A program made the translations under genes and the position numbers. DNA of 21,555 nt from Candidatus Aenigmatarchaeota archaeon (GTDB lineage Archaea > Aenigmatarchaeota > Aenigmatarchaeia > GW2011-AR5 > JAGGXF01): assembly GCA_029932645.1 (NCBI GenBank), contig JAOZPR010000004.1:1-21555 (forward strand), in the 5' to 3' direction. Of this stretch, positions 1-10,244 are shown one piece after another (the first letter of the stretch is position 1; every line of letters starts with the position of its first letter). Below the pieces are notes generated by a model, which ran no database searches, was not told the DNA's origin, and saw only the letters and a program-made list of their open reading frames with translations.

Positions 1-1227
1 TTTCATAACCTCTTCAACTATCTTGTCTATGGCCACTTTCTTTTCCTCACCTGTTTCCATATTCCTTATCGTGACCTGCTTGTTGGCGAGGTCTTTTGGA
101 CCGACGATGATAACTGTATCTGCGTCTGTTGCTTCCAGTTGTTTTGAAAGCGAACGGCCCATCATATCTATCTCTGATATTATATTGCTTGCTCTGAGCT
201 GGTCAAGAATACGCAAAGCCTCTCCTGTTGCCTCACCTATTGGCGCGACATATACCTTTTTCTTTTTTGGTAGCGTGAATTTTTTGTCCTGCAAAACTTT
301 CACGAGCCTGTCCACGCCGATGGATATGCCCGTTGCAGGCTCCTTTTCTCCACCGAGAATCTCTGTGAGATTATCATAACGGCCGCCACCGCCAACACTA
401 ACATTCAGGCCAGCCATTATCTCGAAAACGTTGCCTGTGTAATACTCCAGACCGCGCACGAGTGATATGTCTGTTTTGAGCTGGCTGTCTATCCCGGCTG
501 CTTTTGCGAGGTCGATGAGTGCTTTAAGCTCTCGCAGGCCTTCTTCTCCTTCTTTATCCAACTGCAAAGAATCCAAATCATTTTTCTTTATAACATCAAC
601 GAGCTCTTCCACATCTTTATCAGGAAAGCTCTTCCTGAGTTCTTTTTTTACTTCGTCCCAACCAATCTTGTCCTGCTTGTCTATTATCCGGAAAGCTGCT
701 GGTATGTTTTCGATGCCAAACGAACGGACGACAGACTCCAAAATCTTCCTGTTATTTATTTTAATGGAAAACTCCAGACCAAGCTCCTTAAAAATATCTA
801 CAATTGGCTTCAGACATTCGAGGTCTGCCAACGGCGAGGTCGATCCAACAATGTCTATATCTGCCTGCATGAACTCGCGCCAGCGCGCAGCCTGCGGCTG
901 GTCATATCTCCAGACCTTGCCTATCTGATACCGCTTAAACGGCTTCTTGAATTTTTGCGATGCGACAACGCGCGCCATTGGAACAGTAAGGTCAAAGCGC
1001 AATCCGAGCGCGCGGCCGGATTTGTCCTTGAAAGAGTATATCTCCTTTTCTATGTCCTCGCCTGATTTCTTAGACAAAAGCTCAAGATATTCAAACGCGG
1101 GCGTGTCCATAGGCATGAAACCATATCTTTCAAAAGCACGCCTTATAACGTCTAGCAAAAACTGCCGCAAGGCAGCATCCTCGCCTATAAAATCCCTTGT
1201 TCCTTTTACTGGTTGCAACATGAACAT
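1..1227 (-). CDS. hisS: Histidine--tRNA ligase (3' end runs off the window)
   Basis: Not in the ORF track. Manual minus-strand translation from ATG 1227 (or 1221) gives MFMLQPVKGTRDF...FERYGFMPMDTPAFE, LRFDLTVP, RWREFMQADID, RGLEYYTG and SVGGGGRYD, all HisRS motifs. The frame agrees at the start, at GGRYD and at position 1. Confidence 0.96.
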   Translation of the reverse strand, partial: MFMLQPVKGTRDFIGEDAALRQFLLDVIRRAFERYGFMPMDTPAFEYLELLSKKSGEDIEKEIYSFKDKSGRALGLRFDLTVPMARVVASQKFKKPFKRYQIGKVWRYDQPQAARWREFMQADIDIVGSTSPLADLECLKPIVDIFKELGLEFSIKINNRKILESVVRSFGIENIPAAFRIIDKQDKIGWDEVKKELRKSFPDKDVEELVDVIKKNDLDSLQLDKEGEEGLRELKALIDLAKAAGIDSQLKTDISLVRGLEYYTGNVFEIMAGLNVSVGGGGRYDNLTEILGGEKEPATGISIGVDRLVKVLQDKKFTLPKKKKVYVAPIGEATGEALRILDQLRASNIISEIDMMGRSLSKQLEATDADTVIIVGPKDLANKQVTIRNMETGEEKKVAIDKIVEEVMK

Positions 1228-1284
1228 CACTAACATTAGATTGAGCCAAGAAATATAAAAAGTTTAGATGTTGCCAATAAAGTA

Positions 1285-1794
1285 TTACTTATTATTTTTC
1301 GTCTTTATTTGGACGACGTCGCCGATTGTGAGCGGCTCGGCCTTGCGTGGCTTTTTCTGCTGCTTCTCTTTTTCGGCCGCGGCTGCTTGTGTTTTCCTGG
1401 ATTTTTCATAGGGCTTTCCAGGCTCGTTGATTATATGTATCCGCAAGGCATACTGGAGTTTCTTGGCCGTTTGCTTGTCTGGCTTGGTTTTGCCTGCCAT
1501 TACACGCTCCAGATAAGAACGCTTAATCATTAGCAACTTTGCGAGCATCTTTGCTTCGTATTTCCGCTTTTTCATGCCTTCCCGTATCTGTTCAGCGTAG
1601 TCAGGAACAAGTTCAACTTCCTCGTATTGGACAGGCGCGTATGTCCTTCTTGCTCTTCCACGTGCTTCACGTGGCCGTGGCTCTTCCACAGGCTCGCCCA
1701 GTGAAGAACAAAACCTACATACAGAAAGAACAGTGCCCTCTATTTTTACCTTGTATACTCTCCCTGGCCTACCGCATATCTCACATTCTGTCAT
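1285..1794 (-). CDS. Archaeal multiprotein bridging factor 1 (aMBF1)-like Zn-ribbon + HTH protein
   Basis: N-terminal CEICG...VCRFC Zn ribbon, then ELVPDYAEQIR leading into an HTH, and a C-terminal LTIGDVV motif. Confidence 0.88.
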   Translation of the reverse strand: MTECEICGRPGRVYKVKIEGTVLSVCRFCSSLGEPVEEPRPREARGRARRTYAPVQYEEVELVPDYAEQIREGMKKRKYEAKMLAKLLMIKRSYLERVMAGKTKPDKQTAKKLQYALRIHIINEPGKPYEKSRKTQAAAAEKEKQQKKPRKAEPLTIGDVVQIKTKNNK

Positions 1795-1985
1795 TTGAAT
1801 ACCCGTATCCCTGATATTGGCGATATTGATAAAAAATACTGTACGCTTAGTTTTTTAAAATTATATAACTGGCTTGTATATATTAAGTGTAGTGATACTG
1901 TACTGATGTGATTATTCCTAATTTAGGTATTTAAATTTTGTTTTTTAAAGGTTTTTAGCTGTGGTATTGTGCGTTGTGATGTAGT

Positions 1986-4979
1986 ATGATAGAAAAATAT
2001 GACCCAAAGAAAATAGAAAAAGAAGCGCAAAAACTGTGGGAAGAGCAAAAAATAGCCAATAAGATTGTTGATTTCAAGAAGAATCTGGCGGAGCGCGGAA
2101 AAAAGTTCTACCTGCTGGACGGGCCTCCTTATGTTAACGGTGTGGCACATGTCGGACATGTAAAGACAATCGTGTTCAAGGATATGTGGGCAAGAATAAA
2201 GTTTATGCAGGGCTTTGCCTCATGGTTTCAGCCCGGGTTTGACTGCGGCGGTCTGCCAATAGAAAACAAGGTAGAAAAAGAACTGGGAATAAAATCAAAA
2301 CAGGATATAGAAGAAAAGGTTGGTGTGGATAAATTCATAGAAGCTTGCCAGGACTTTGCAGAAAGTAACAAGCCAAGATGGATGAAACTCTACAAGCAGT
2401 TGGCTGCCTGGAAAGCATGGCTAGAGCCATACATGACGCATAAAAACTATTATATTGAATCTGGTTGGTGGACTGTCAAGCAATTGTTTGAGAAAGGCTT
2501 GCTCGTAGAAGGCTACAAACCGGGTTTCTGGTGTCCACACTGTGAGACTGTTTTGTCTGGCTACGAAGTCACTGACTCTTATAAAGATGTTCAGGACCCA
2601 TCACTGTATATCAAATTTCCTGTGGCCGGTGTGGACAATGAATTCATTGTTGTATGGACAACAACACCATGGACTTTGCCTGCTAATGTCGCCGTTGTCG
2701 TGCACCCTGATGAAGCGTATGTTAAAGTCAAGGTTGTTGAAAAAAATGGTAAGGAAGACTTCTTAATACTTGCGGAGAAAAGACTTGAACCGGTTATGAA
2801 AGAGTGTGGTATTGAACAATATAAAATTGTAGAGAAGATGCCAGGCAAGGATTTGGAAGGACTAAAATACTTGCCTGCACTGGATGTGCCTGTCCAGAAA
2901 AATCTGGGCGAGAAGGCACATCAGATTATATTGTCAATACCCATCATGAAGAAGCGTGTTGTTTCTAAGGCGCATATAAAAGGCGAGGCCAGCAAAGAAG
3001 AGTTCGGTCATATGGTGGATATGGACACGGGATCTGGTTGTGTGCATACAGCACCTGGTCATGGTGATGTTGATAACAAACTTGGAAGACATTATGGTTT
3101 GCCAAAGCCATCACCAGTGGATTCGCAGGGTAAGATGACAGAGGATGCTGGCGAGTTCGCGGGAATGTTCGTCAAGGATGCGGACAAAAAGATAATAGAA
3201 AAACTAAGGGAAACCGGTGTCCTGTTGCACGCGGGCGTTGTAACGCACTCATATCCGCTGTGCTGGCGCTGCAAAGCACCGCTGATATACAGAATGAGCA
3301 AGCAGTGGTTCCTCAAGATAGACACGCTGAAAGACAAGATGATAAAGGAGAACGAAAAGGTAAACTGGCTGCCTGAATTTGCTAGGGAACGCTTCAGAAA
3401 CCTTCTCATAGATTCGCCAGACTGGGCCATTACCAGACAACGATACTGGGGAATTCCGCTTCCTATATGGACATGTGAGAAATGTGGAAAGAAAAAAGCA
3501 ATCGGCTCATTAGAAGAGCTAAAAAAATATTCTTTAGAAAAGCTGCCTAGTGATATTGATCTGCATAAAAATGTCGTAGACAAGGTTTTGCTCAAATGCG
3601 ACTGTGGCGGGCGCATGGTCAGGGAAAAGGATGTGATGGACGTCTGGTTTGATTCTGGCATATCGCCGTGGGCATCTCTCGGATATCCATACAAAAATAA
3701 AGAGCTGTTCGAAAAACTATGGCCCGTCGACCTTGTAAACGAATCTCAAGACCAGATAAGGGGATGGTTTTACACATTGATGTTTAGCTCTGTAGCAACC
3801 TTTGATAAAAAACCTTATGACACTGTTTGCCTGAACGGCTGGACACTAGATGAAAAAGGAGAGAAGATGTCCAAGTCTCTGGGAAATGTTATATGGGCTG
3901 ATGAAACGATGGAAACACTGGGCGCAGACGTCTTCAGGCTTTATTTCTGTGCTGGCCTGTCCCCATGGGATGTACAAAAGGTTAGTGTAAAAGAAGCTAA
4001 ACAACTGGGAAGAAACTTGAACATATTGTGGAATATTTATCAGTTTATGAGAACATATGCAAACAAACCTTCTGTGCTGGGAATGGAGAAAGCAAAATTA
4101 GAGAACAGCAAAATAGAGGATTTGTGGCTCTTGTCAAGAATTAACACGCTCGCAAAAGAGCTGGGCAGGCATTTTGAACGATTTGAGTTTCATCTGATGG
4201 GAAGAAAGCTGATTGATTTTATAGTAAATGACTTTTCAAGAACATATGTAAAACTGGTAAGAAAAAGGCTTTCACAAAATAATAAAGATCTGGGTGACAA
4301 ACAAGCAGCAGAGTTTGTGCTTTATGATGTTATGGAGAAGTTGCTGAGACTTCTGTGCCCAATAACTCCACACATAACAGAATATATCTACCAAGATTTA
4401 TATGGAACTGGGTCTGTCCATCTTCAGGCCTGGCCAACAGCAGATGACAGAATAATAGACACTGAACTGGAAAAGAAAATGACTGTGGCTTTGGAGGTGT
4501 TGACAAACATGAACGCCGTAAGGCAGGAAAAGGGTATCAAACTGCGCTGGCCTCTGTCGGGCGTTTCGATAGATTGTGATTTGGACCTATCAGAACTCAG
4601 GGGAATTATAAAGGAACTGGGAAACGTAAAAGATGTTAAACTGAAAAAAATTGACAAGCCTATGAAGATCTTCGTTATAGGTGAAAAAGACGTGAAAATA
4701 TCTCTTGATACCAGCATGAGTAAGGAATTGGAAGAAGAAGCTGCTTTAAGAGAGGTGCTGCGAAAAATACAATCCATGAGAAAGGCGGCATCACTAGTTG
4801 TGACAGACCATATAGATGTCCATATAAGTGAAAACGCAAAGTCACTTATCCAGAAATTTGAGAACGTGATAAAGGAAAGGGCTGGTGTAAAAAATATTAT
4901 ATTTGGAACTATAGAAAAAGGGGAAGTTGTAACATTTAAAGACAAAAAGATAACCATAAGCATAGAGAAGAAGGTCTGA
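1986..4979 (+). CDS. ileS: Isoleucine--tRNA ligase (archaeal type)
   Basis: DGPPYVNG, HVGH (HIGH motif), GFDCGGLPIE, WTTTPWTLPAN, GSGCVHTAPGHG, DWAITRQRYWG, DQIRGWF and KMSKS; 997 aa. Confidence 0.97.
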   Translation: MIEKYDPKKIEKEAQKLWEEQKIANKIVDFKKNLAERGKKFYLLDGPPYVNGVAHVGHVKTIVFKDMWARIKFMQGFASWFQPGFDCGGLPIENKVEKELGIKSKQDIEEKVGVDKFIEACQDFAESNKPRWMKLYKQLAAWKAWLEPYMTHKNYYIESGWWTVKQLFEKGLLVEGYKPGFWCPHCETVLSGYEVTDSYKDVQDPSLYIKFPVAGVDNEFIVVWTTTPWTLPANVAVVVHPDEAYVKVKVVEKNGKEDFLILAEKRLEPVMKECGIEQYKIVEKMPGKDLEGLKYLPALDVPVQKNLGEKAHQIILSIPIMKKRVVSKAHIKGEASKEEFGHMVDMDTGSGCVHTAPGHGDVDNKLGRHYGLPKPSPVDSQGKMTEDAGEFAGMFVKDADKKIIEKLRETGVLLHAGVVTHSYPLCWRCKAPLIYRMSKQWFLKIDTLKDKMIKENEKVNWLPEFARERFRNLLIDSPDWAITRQRYWGIPLPIWTCEKCGKKKAIGSLEELKKYSLEKLPSDIDLHKNVVDKVLLKCDCGGRMVREKDVMDVWFDSGISPWASLGYPYKNKELFEKLWPVDLVNESQDQIRGWFYTLMFSSVATFDKKPYDTVCLNGWTLDEKGEKMSKSLGNVIWADETMETLGADVFRLYFCAGLSPWDVQKVSVKEAKQLGRNLNILWNIYQFMRTYANKPSVLGMEKAKLENSKIEDLWLLSRINTLAKELGRHFERFEFHLMGRKLIDFIVNDFSRTYVKLVRKRLSQNNKDLGDKQAAEFVLYDVMEKLLRLLCPITPHITEYIYQDLYGTGSVHLQAWPTADDRIIDTELEKKMTVALEVLTNMNAVRQEKGIKLRWPLSGVSIDCDLDLSELRGIIKELGNVKDVKLKKIDKPMKIFVIGEKDVKISLDTSMSKELEEEAALREVLRKIQSMRKAASLVVTDHIDVHISENAKSLIQKFENVIKERAGVKNIIFGTIEKGEVVTFKDKKITISIEKKV

Positions 4980-4981
4980 AC

Positions 4982-5578
4982 ATGAAAAGATTACTAAAAC
5001 TCGCTGAAAAAATCAAAGATAAGAAACTTAGAGAAAAGACGATAGAATTTTTGAAAAATCCTGAAATAACAAACAAGAAATTCAAATATCCGGGTGCTGC
5101 TTTAAAGGACGCGCCAGCCGGCCCATCAGACTTTCACCATGCATATCCGGGTGGTTTGCTCGACCACACGTATTCTGTGACATTGTCGTGTATAAGCGTG
5201 GCAGAAAATCTTCAGAGGGTTTATCCGAACCTGAAAGTGAATATGGACCATCTAATCAGCGCTGGTCTCCTGCACGACATAATGAAGATTTTTATATTTC
5301 ACTGGGACGCGGGTATGGTAAAGCAGACCGACACACTTATGGACCATGGCATCTGGGCAGCAGCCGAGCTGTATGCACGGGGGTTTCCAGAAGAGGTCGT
5401 ACATATAGTTGCTTCACACTTTGGCCCGAGTGGACCCAACCCGCCACAGACAACAGAAGCGATAATTCTCCACCACGTTGACCAGCTGGATGCTATGGTA
5501 GATGCAAATATAAACTTCATAAAAAACCAGAAAATAAAATTATTACTTCTTCCAGAAGAAGAGAAACAAGGACAATAG
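4982..5578 (+). CDS. HD-domain phosphohydrolase (YhaM/Cbf1-like HD domain, no evident OB fold)
   Basis: HHAYPGGLLDHT, LLHDIMK, HIVASHFG and EAIILHHVDQLDA motifs. Starts 2 nt after the ileS stop. Confidence 0.8.
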   Translation: MKRLLKLAEKIKDKKLREKTIEFLKNPEITNKKFKYPGAALKDAPAGPSDFHHAYPGGLLDHTYSVTLSCISVAENLQRVYPNLKVNMDHLISAGLLHDIMKIFIFHWDAGMVKQTDTLMDHGIWAAAELYARGFPEEVVHIVASHFGPSGPNPPQTTEAIILHHVDQLDAMVDANINFIKNQKIKLLLLPEEEKQGQ

Positions 5579-5617
5579 CCTTTAAAAATATTTTAAATAT
5601 AGTTTTCTAGTGATTTG

Positions 5618-6676
5618 ATGAAAAAAGCAATAGAATTCTTAAGAGCAATAAAACCAAGAGACCATGTTATCATAGTCTCTCACAACGATGGGGATGGTAT
5701 TTGTTCATCCATATTAATGAAAAAATTTATGAAAAAGTATGCAAACATAGAACCAGAAAAAATCATAAGTCAGCCCATGCCTGTCGAGAAGAACCTTGTC
5801 CAGAGAATAAAATCCTATCTGCCGAATAAATTAATATTTCTTGATTTGGCCATGGACCAGCAAAGTAGTATAATAATGGAACTGAAAAAATATGCTAAGA
5901 TACTAATAATAGACCACCACCAAATAACCAAGAAACCGGCTGGTGTTGTATATTATAATCCAAGAGAAAAGGAACCGAATATCTATAGAAGCGCTTCTTA
6001 TCTTGTATATAAATTATGTTCATCGCTTGTGGATATGGGTAACTTTCTCTGGTTTGCTATCGTCGGGATAGTGTCTGATTATGAGATAAAAGATTCCATG
6101 GACCTGATAAAAGAAGCTGAAAAGAAATATCCAGAGTATATAAAAAAAACAGACCAAAAGTCGCTCCAGAAGTCTTTCTTTGGTAAGATTTCTGACATGA
6201 TAAATGCTTTCAAGGCAAAGAGGAATGCAAGACCGGAAAAAATAATAAAAATATTTGAGTCCACAGACCAGCCAAAAGACCTGATGTACTCGGACAGCGC
6301 AGTAGACCTTCTTAATGCCTATAAAGAAGTGGAAAATGAACTGGCTGCAATTAAAAAAGACCTTGAAAAAAACTCGGAGACTCGTGGTAAAATAATTTTT
6401 TACAAATTAAGATCTGGCTTAAACCTGAGGTCTGCGGTGTCAACAATAATCAGCGAGAAACATTTGGACAAACTTATTGTGGTCTGGCAAGAAAAAGAAG
6501 GGGAGATAAAACTAAGCGCAAGAAACCAAGACAAGGCAATAGACGCGGCCAGCGTGTTGCAAAGGGCTGTTGGGAACGGGACAGCAGGTGGGCACAAGGC
6601 AGCGGCTGGAGCAACACTAAAAAAAGAAGACTGGCCTAAATTCAAAGAAAGGCTGATAGAAATCGTGAATAAATAG
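5618..6676 (+). CDS. DHH/DHHA1 family phosphoesterase (RecJ/NrnA-like)
   Basis: SHNDGDG, FLDLA, IIDHH and a C-terminal SAR...GGHKAAAG. ATG at 5618; the ORF track starts at TTG 5615. Confidence 0.88.
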   Translation: MKKAIEFLRAIKPRDHVIIVSHNDGDGICSSILMKKFMKKYANIEPEKIISQPMPVEKNLVQRIKSYLPNKLIFLDLAMDQQSSIIMELKKYAKILIIDHHQITKKPAGVVYYNPREKEPNIYRSASYLVYKLCSSLVDMGNFLWFAIVGIVSDYEIKDSMDLIKEAEKKYPEYIKKTDQKSLQKSFFGKISDMINAFKAKRNARPEKIIKIFESTDQPKDLMYSDSAVDLLNAYKEVENELAAIKKDLEKNSETRGKIIFYKLRSGLNLRSAVSTIISEKHLDKLIVVWQEKEGEIKLSARNQDKAIDAASVLQRAVGNGTAGGHKAAAGATLKKEDWPKFKERLIEIVNK

Positions 6677-6686
6677 GCCGGCTTTT

Positions 6687-7342
6687 TTATGGCTTTTTTA
6701 CCAGAACAAAAGCATGGTCACCCTGATACGGACTCAATTCTATCTGCTCTTCGACCGCAAATCCTGCCTTTTTCAATTTATTAATTTCTTGCTTGTAAAT
6801 GACTTCTGGCGATTTCGTTACGTCTATACTCTGTGACTTAATAGCTATCATGCCAAACCCACTAGGCTTCAAAACATTTTTGCGTTTCTTATGAATATTT
6901 CCATTTCTTGCGGGTCAGCAACATCCACATAAATCAGATCTGTTTTTTCTATCCAGGAATATTCTTCTGCTTTTCTCGCGTCTGCTAGAATCGGTATGAT
7001 GTTTTTTCTCTTTTCAGAAACCGGTATCAACTCCCTCATCATTCTTTCAGCGAATTCCACTCCGTATATCAGGCCGTCTTTACCGATTATGTCACTGATG
7101 TGGCTTGCGGTTGTCCCCGCACTTATTCCCAAGTACAGGATTACCGAACCCGACCTGATAGGCAATGTTGTCAGCCCGTTTAAGATAGCGGCGGATAATT
7201 TGGAACGTGTTGGGTCCCACTCGCGATACTCAACACCAGCAGAAACAAAAAGTTTTTCTCCATAAACACGACTTCCCGGTGTTAGATTTTTTGTGTAAAT
7301 ATTTTTTCCGACTCGGAACACACCGTTAAATATTTCTTTCAT
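6687..7342 (-). CDS. flpA: Fibrillarin-like rRNA/tRNA 2'-O-methyltransferase, interrupted by a 1-nt frameshift at about 6871-6874
   Basis: VYGE...EYREWDPTRSKL, LYLGISAGTTASHISD, YGVEF and NIIPILADAR lie in 6869-7342. The C-terminal LKPSGFGMIAIKSQSIDVT...LSPYQGDH continues in the adjacent frame (6687-6872). Confidence 0.9.
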
Positions 7343-7357
7343 TGTATCACAGCATGA

Positions 7358-8335
7358 TTATTTTATTCTTCCTATCTCTTTCTCCATATCGTCTTTTAAT
7401 TTTGGTTCAAACCTACCTGAGTAATAGTCTATCTTTGCAGCCATCATAAGCTTTGATGCAAGGATTCTTGCTATCTTTCCTGCTTCACCCTTGGGCGCGT
7501 TTTGTATCCTTTTATCAAAGAATATGAGACCATACTTCGGCGGCTTTACTTTCTTTTTGTTTTTCAGGTGCCTGAACAGTGCCTTTTCAGCACCCAGCAA
7601 CTGAATGGTTGATGAAGACATTCTTGCGAGTCTTTCCAGAGACCCTGCTAATGCGAGTATTCTGGCCGCGAGCAGCGGCTCTATCAATGATGTAATGTTT
7701 GGACACGTCTCCCTGGTTGCTTCCTTGATATATTTCTCAAGTTCTTTCTTAAGCTGAAGCGCACTTAAAATGAACGAGGAATATGACTTTATAATTTCAA
7801 TATCTCTCTCGCTGAGTGCAAGACCAGAAGATGTTTTGAATCCCGGCATCTCTTCTCTTAGACCGTATTGGGCAACCTGCTTTACATACTTCTCATTATC
7901 AAGCTTGAGTTCGGGATAATGCAAACCGTACCATTCACAGAGATGTTCAAAAAATGTATTTATCTGTTTATTTAAGTCGTCTAATGTGCTAGATGCCTGT
8001 ACAATCAGTTTGTCCTTGGTTATGAACTTTTTGGCCTTTTTTTTCGTTATTAAAATTCCCAAGCTTGTTAAAAATTCATTCAGTTCCCTTGGTGTCTCAA
8101 CAAAACCCAATGAGAGCGCATATTCTCTTATTCTGTTAGAAATAATATCCCTGGCAAAACCGTCTTCTTTTGTTTCATATCCTTTGATAGAGTTGAAAAA
8201 AGTCTTTGGTATAGGCTTGGTTAAAACCCCGAGAGCCTCTTCTGGATCTGGTCTTATAAGCTGATAGTATAGAAGCTCTCCGCTGTCATCAAAAGCAAAC
8301 CAGCCTATAGGTGATTTGGTAATGTGCGCTATCAT
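7358..8335 (-). CDS. nop5: C/D box sRNP protein Nop5 (Nop56/58 homolog)
   Basis: EWYGLHYPEL, LAARILALAGSLERLARMSSSTIQLLGAEKALF, PPKYGLIF and GKIARILASKLMMAAKID; lies directly upstream of fibrillarin. Confidence 0.93.
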   Translation of the reverse strand: MIAHITKSPIGWFAFDDSGELLYYQLIRPDPEEALGVLTKPIPKTFFNSIKGYETKEDGFARDIISNRIREYALSLGFVETPRELNEFLTSLGILITKKKAKKFITKDKLIVQASSTLDDLNKQINTFFEHLCEWYGLHYPELKLDNEKYVKQVAQYGLREEMPGFKTSSGLALSERDIEIIKSYSSFILSALQLKKELEKYIKEATRETCPNITSLIEPLLAARILALAGSLERLARMSSSTIQLLGAEKALFRHLKNKKKVKPPKYGLIFFDKRIQNAPKGEAGKIARILASKLMMAAKIDYYSGRFEPKLKDDMEKEIGRIK

Positions 8336-8411
8336 AAGCTATTTAAAAGTTTTAATCTATTAAAACCTAAGTGATAAGACGGATGAAAAGAAGTGAAAAA
8401 CAGGTGTCTAT

Positions 8412-8603
8412 ATGGGAAAAATCAGAACAAAAGAAATCAAGAACGCTGCTTTTGAGCTTATAGAGCGTTATCCTGATAAATGGAAAAAAACATTTGAAGA
8501 GAACAAAAAGATAGCTGACGAACTAAATGTGTTCACGGAAAAGAAGGCCAGGAATAAGGTTATCGGTTATCTGACCAGAAAGGTCGCACGGGCCAAGAAA
8601 TAG
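8412..8603 (+). CDS. rps17e: 30S ribosomal protein S17e
   Basis: MGKIRTKEIK...FEENKK...KKARNKVIGYLTR; SD-like AGGTG upstream. Confidence 0.92.
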   Translation: MGKIRTKEIKNAAFELIERYPDKWKKTFEENKKIADELNVFTEKKARNKVIGYLTRKVARAKK

Positions 8604-8622
8604 ATACAGAAAATTAGAAAAA

Positions 8623-9690
8623 TTATCTTCTCGCGTATTTTCTGACATCAAAACCTCTTAGTTCTAGAACTTCTCTTGTTCTTCCTGTGATCAGAACGGG
8701 TTTGCGCCTCAAATCATCAATAGTTTTGGCGTTCACAAGCACCATTGCTATCTTTAATTCTTGTATGAATTGTTCTATCTTTTCGAGGACTTTTTCTTTG
8801 CTCTCTGTTGCTGGTCTTAAGAATGGGAGCGCGGCACCACATAGTAATGCACCAAGTGCCAGAGACTTTATCATGTCTATGCCACTCCTCACGCCACCTG
8901 ACGCTATTACTGGCATTTTCACACTTTTGCAACATTCTACAAGAGAAACAACAGTTGGTATGCCCCAGCCAGCAAATGTTTTTCCTATGCTTGTATCAGA
9001 CCTGTAAGATTCTACGAGTGGCCAACTTGTGCCGCCAAACCCTGCAACATCTATAGCTGACATGCCAGTCTTTTCGAGCTTAATTGCGGCCTCTCTTGAA
9101 ATGCCGCAGCCAGCCTCTTTAGCTATAACAGGTTTGGACAGCTCTTTGGCTACAAACCTTATTTTTTCTATTGTATCTTGGGTAATGTGCAAGCTTTGTT
9201 GGTCTCCTTCGGGCTGTACCAGTTCTTGTAAGATGTTCAGATGAACAGCCAGTGCGTCGGCATCTACCATATCTATAACACGCGTGATTTTTTCTTTTTC
9301 ATACTTCTTTAGTTGTGCAAAACCGATATTACCTATAAGAAATATGTTTGGCGCAACGTCTCGCACCTGGTATGTTGATTCCAGAGAAGGGTCTTCCAAG
9401 GCAGCACGCTGAGAACCCAGACCCATGGCTATGCCTGCCTGCTCAGCAGCCCATGCCAAGTTTTTATTTATTTTTTCAGCTATCTTCGTTCCACCAGTCA
9501 TGGCTTCTATCAATATCGGCGCCTTTAATTTTTTTCCGAAGAAATCTGTTGTCAAGTCCACATCATCGTAGGTTATGTCCGGTAGTGCCTGATGCGACAG
9601 AAAAACATCATCAAAGCCAGTCGCATGCATATCAACATCTTTTTCCAGACATATCTTTATGTGTTCTTCTTTTCTTTTTTCAGTTGACAT
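8623..9690 (-). CDS. fni: Type 2 isopentenyl-diphosphate delta-isomerase (FMN-dependent IDI-2)
   Basis: RKEEHI, AMTGG, GLGSQRAA, IGNIG, HLNILQELVQPEGD, KEAGCG, GFGGTSW, WGIPT and ASGGVRSG. Confidence 0.95.
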   Translation of the reverse strand: MSTEKRKEEHIKICLEKDVDMHATGFDDVFLSHQALPDITYDDVDLTTDFFGKKLKAPILIEAMTGGTKIAEKINKNLAWAAEQAGIAMGLGSQRAALEDPSLESTYQVRDVAPNIFLIGNIGFAQLKKYEKEKITRVIDMVDADALAVHLNILQELVQPEGDQQSLHITQDTIEKIRFVAKELSKPVIAKEAGCGISREAAIKLEKTGMSAIDVAGFGGTSWPLVESYRSDTSIGKTFAGWGIPTVVSLVECCKSVKMPVIASGGVRSGIDMIKSLALGALLCGAALPFLRPATESKEKVLEKIEQFIQELKIAMVLVNAKTIDDLRRKPVLITGRTREVLELRGFDVRKYARR

Positions 9691-9691
9691 T

Positions 9692-10243
9692 TTAACACCA
9701 TCTCTTATATAGATTATTATTTATTCCGAGGCTGTCAAGTATTTTCCCGACGACAAAGTTAATCATATCGCCAATAGCTTTTGGCTTATGATAAAACGCC
9801 GGACATGGTGGCAGTACGCTCACACCTATCTTTGATAACTTTAGCATATTTTCTATATGAATTGGTGAGAGCGGCGTCTCCCTCGGAACTAAGATTAGTT
9901 TTCTTTTTTCTTTTATCATTACATCTGCGCATCTCGACACGAGATTATCTGCAAATCCGGTTGCTATTGCTGATAATGTCTTCATAGAGCACGGGCATAT
10001 CACCATAGCATCAGCTTTGAAGCTCCCGGAAGCTATGGGAGCTTCCATATCATCTGGATCGAGAACCTTTCCAAAATCTTTGAGTTTGAAAATCTCTTTA
10101 TCATAATCTTCCAGCTCATGTTTCATAACTTTCTTGGCGTTTTTTGTGACTATTATAAAAAGCTCATGCTCTTTGAGTTTTTTAATTAGTTCCAACCCAT
10201 AAATTACTCCGGATGCTCCTGTTATTGCAACAATGACTTTCAT
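9692..10243 (-). CDS. ubiX: UbiX family flavin prenyltransferase (prFMN synthase)
   Basis: [44 protein letters not shown] and PAFYHKP. The likely start is ATG 10243, just after the ipk stop; the ORF-track start at 10297 overlaps ipk. Confidence 0.93.
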   Translation of the reverse strand: MKVIVAITGASGVIYGLELIKKLKEHELFIIVTKNAKKVMKHELEDYDKEIFKLKDFGKVLDPDDMEAPIASGSFKADAMVICPCSMKTLSAIATGFADNLVSRCADVMIKEKRKLILVPRETPLSPIHIENMLKLSKIGVSVLPPCPAFYHKPKAIGDMINFVVGKILDSLGINNNLYKRWC

Positions 10244-10244
10244 A

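Noticed and set aside
23..1258. Plus-strand ORFs 23-379, 467-928 and 947-1258
   Set aside because: They are antisense shadows of hisS, which is missing from the track only because it lacks a stop in the window. The other short antisense ORFs over ileS, the MVA genes and the thermosome were rejected for the same reason.
1885..1990. Possible C/D box sRNA (TGAT/CTGA words) between aMBF1 and ileS
   Set aside because: There is no canonical RUGAUGA box C with a properly spaced terminal CUGA; the region is explained by divergent promoters.
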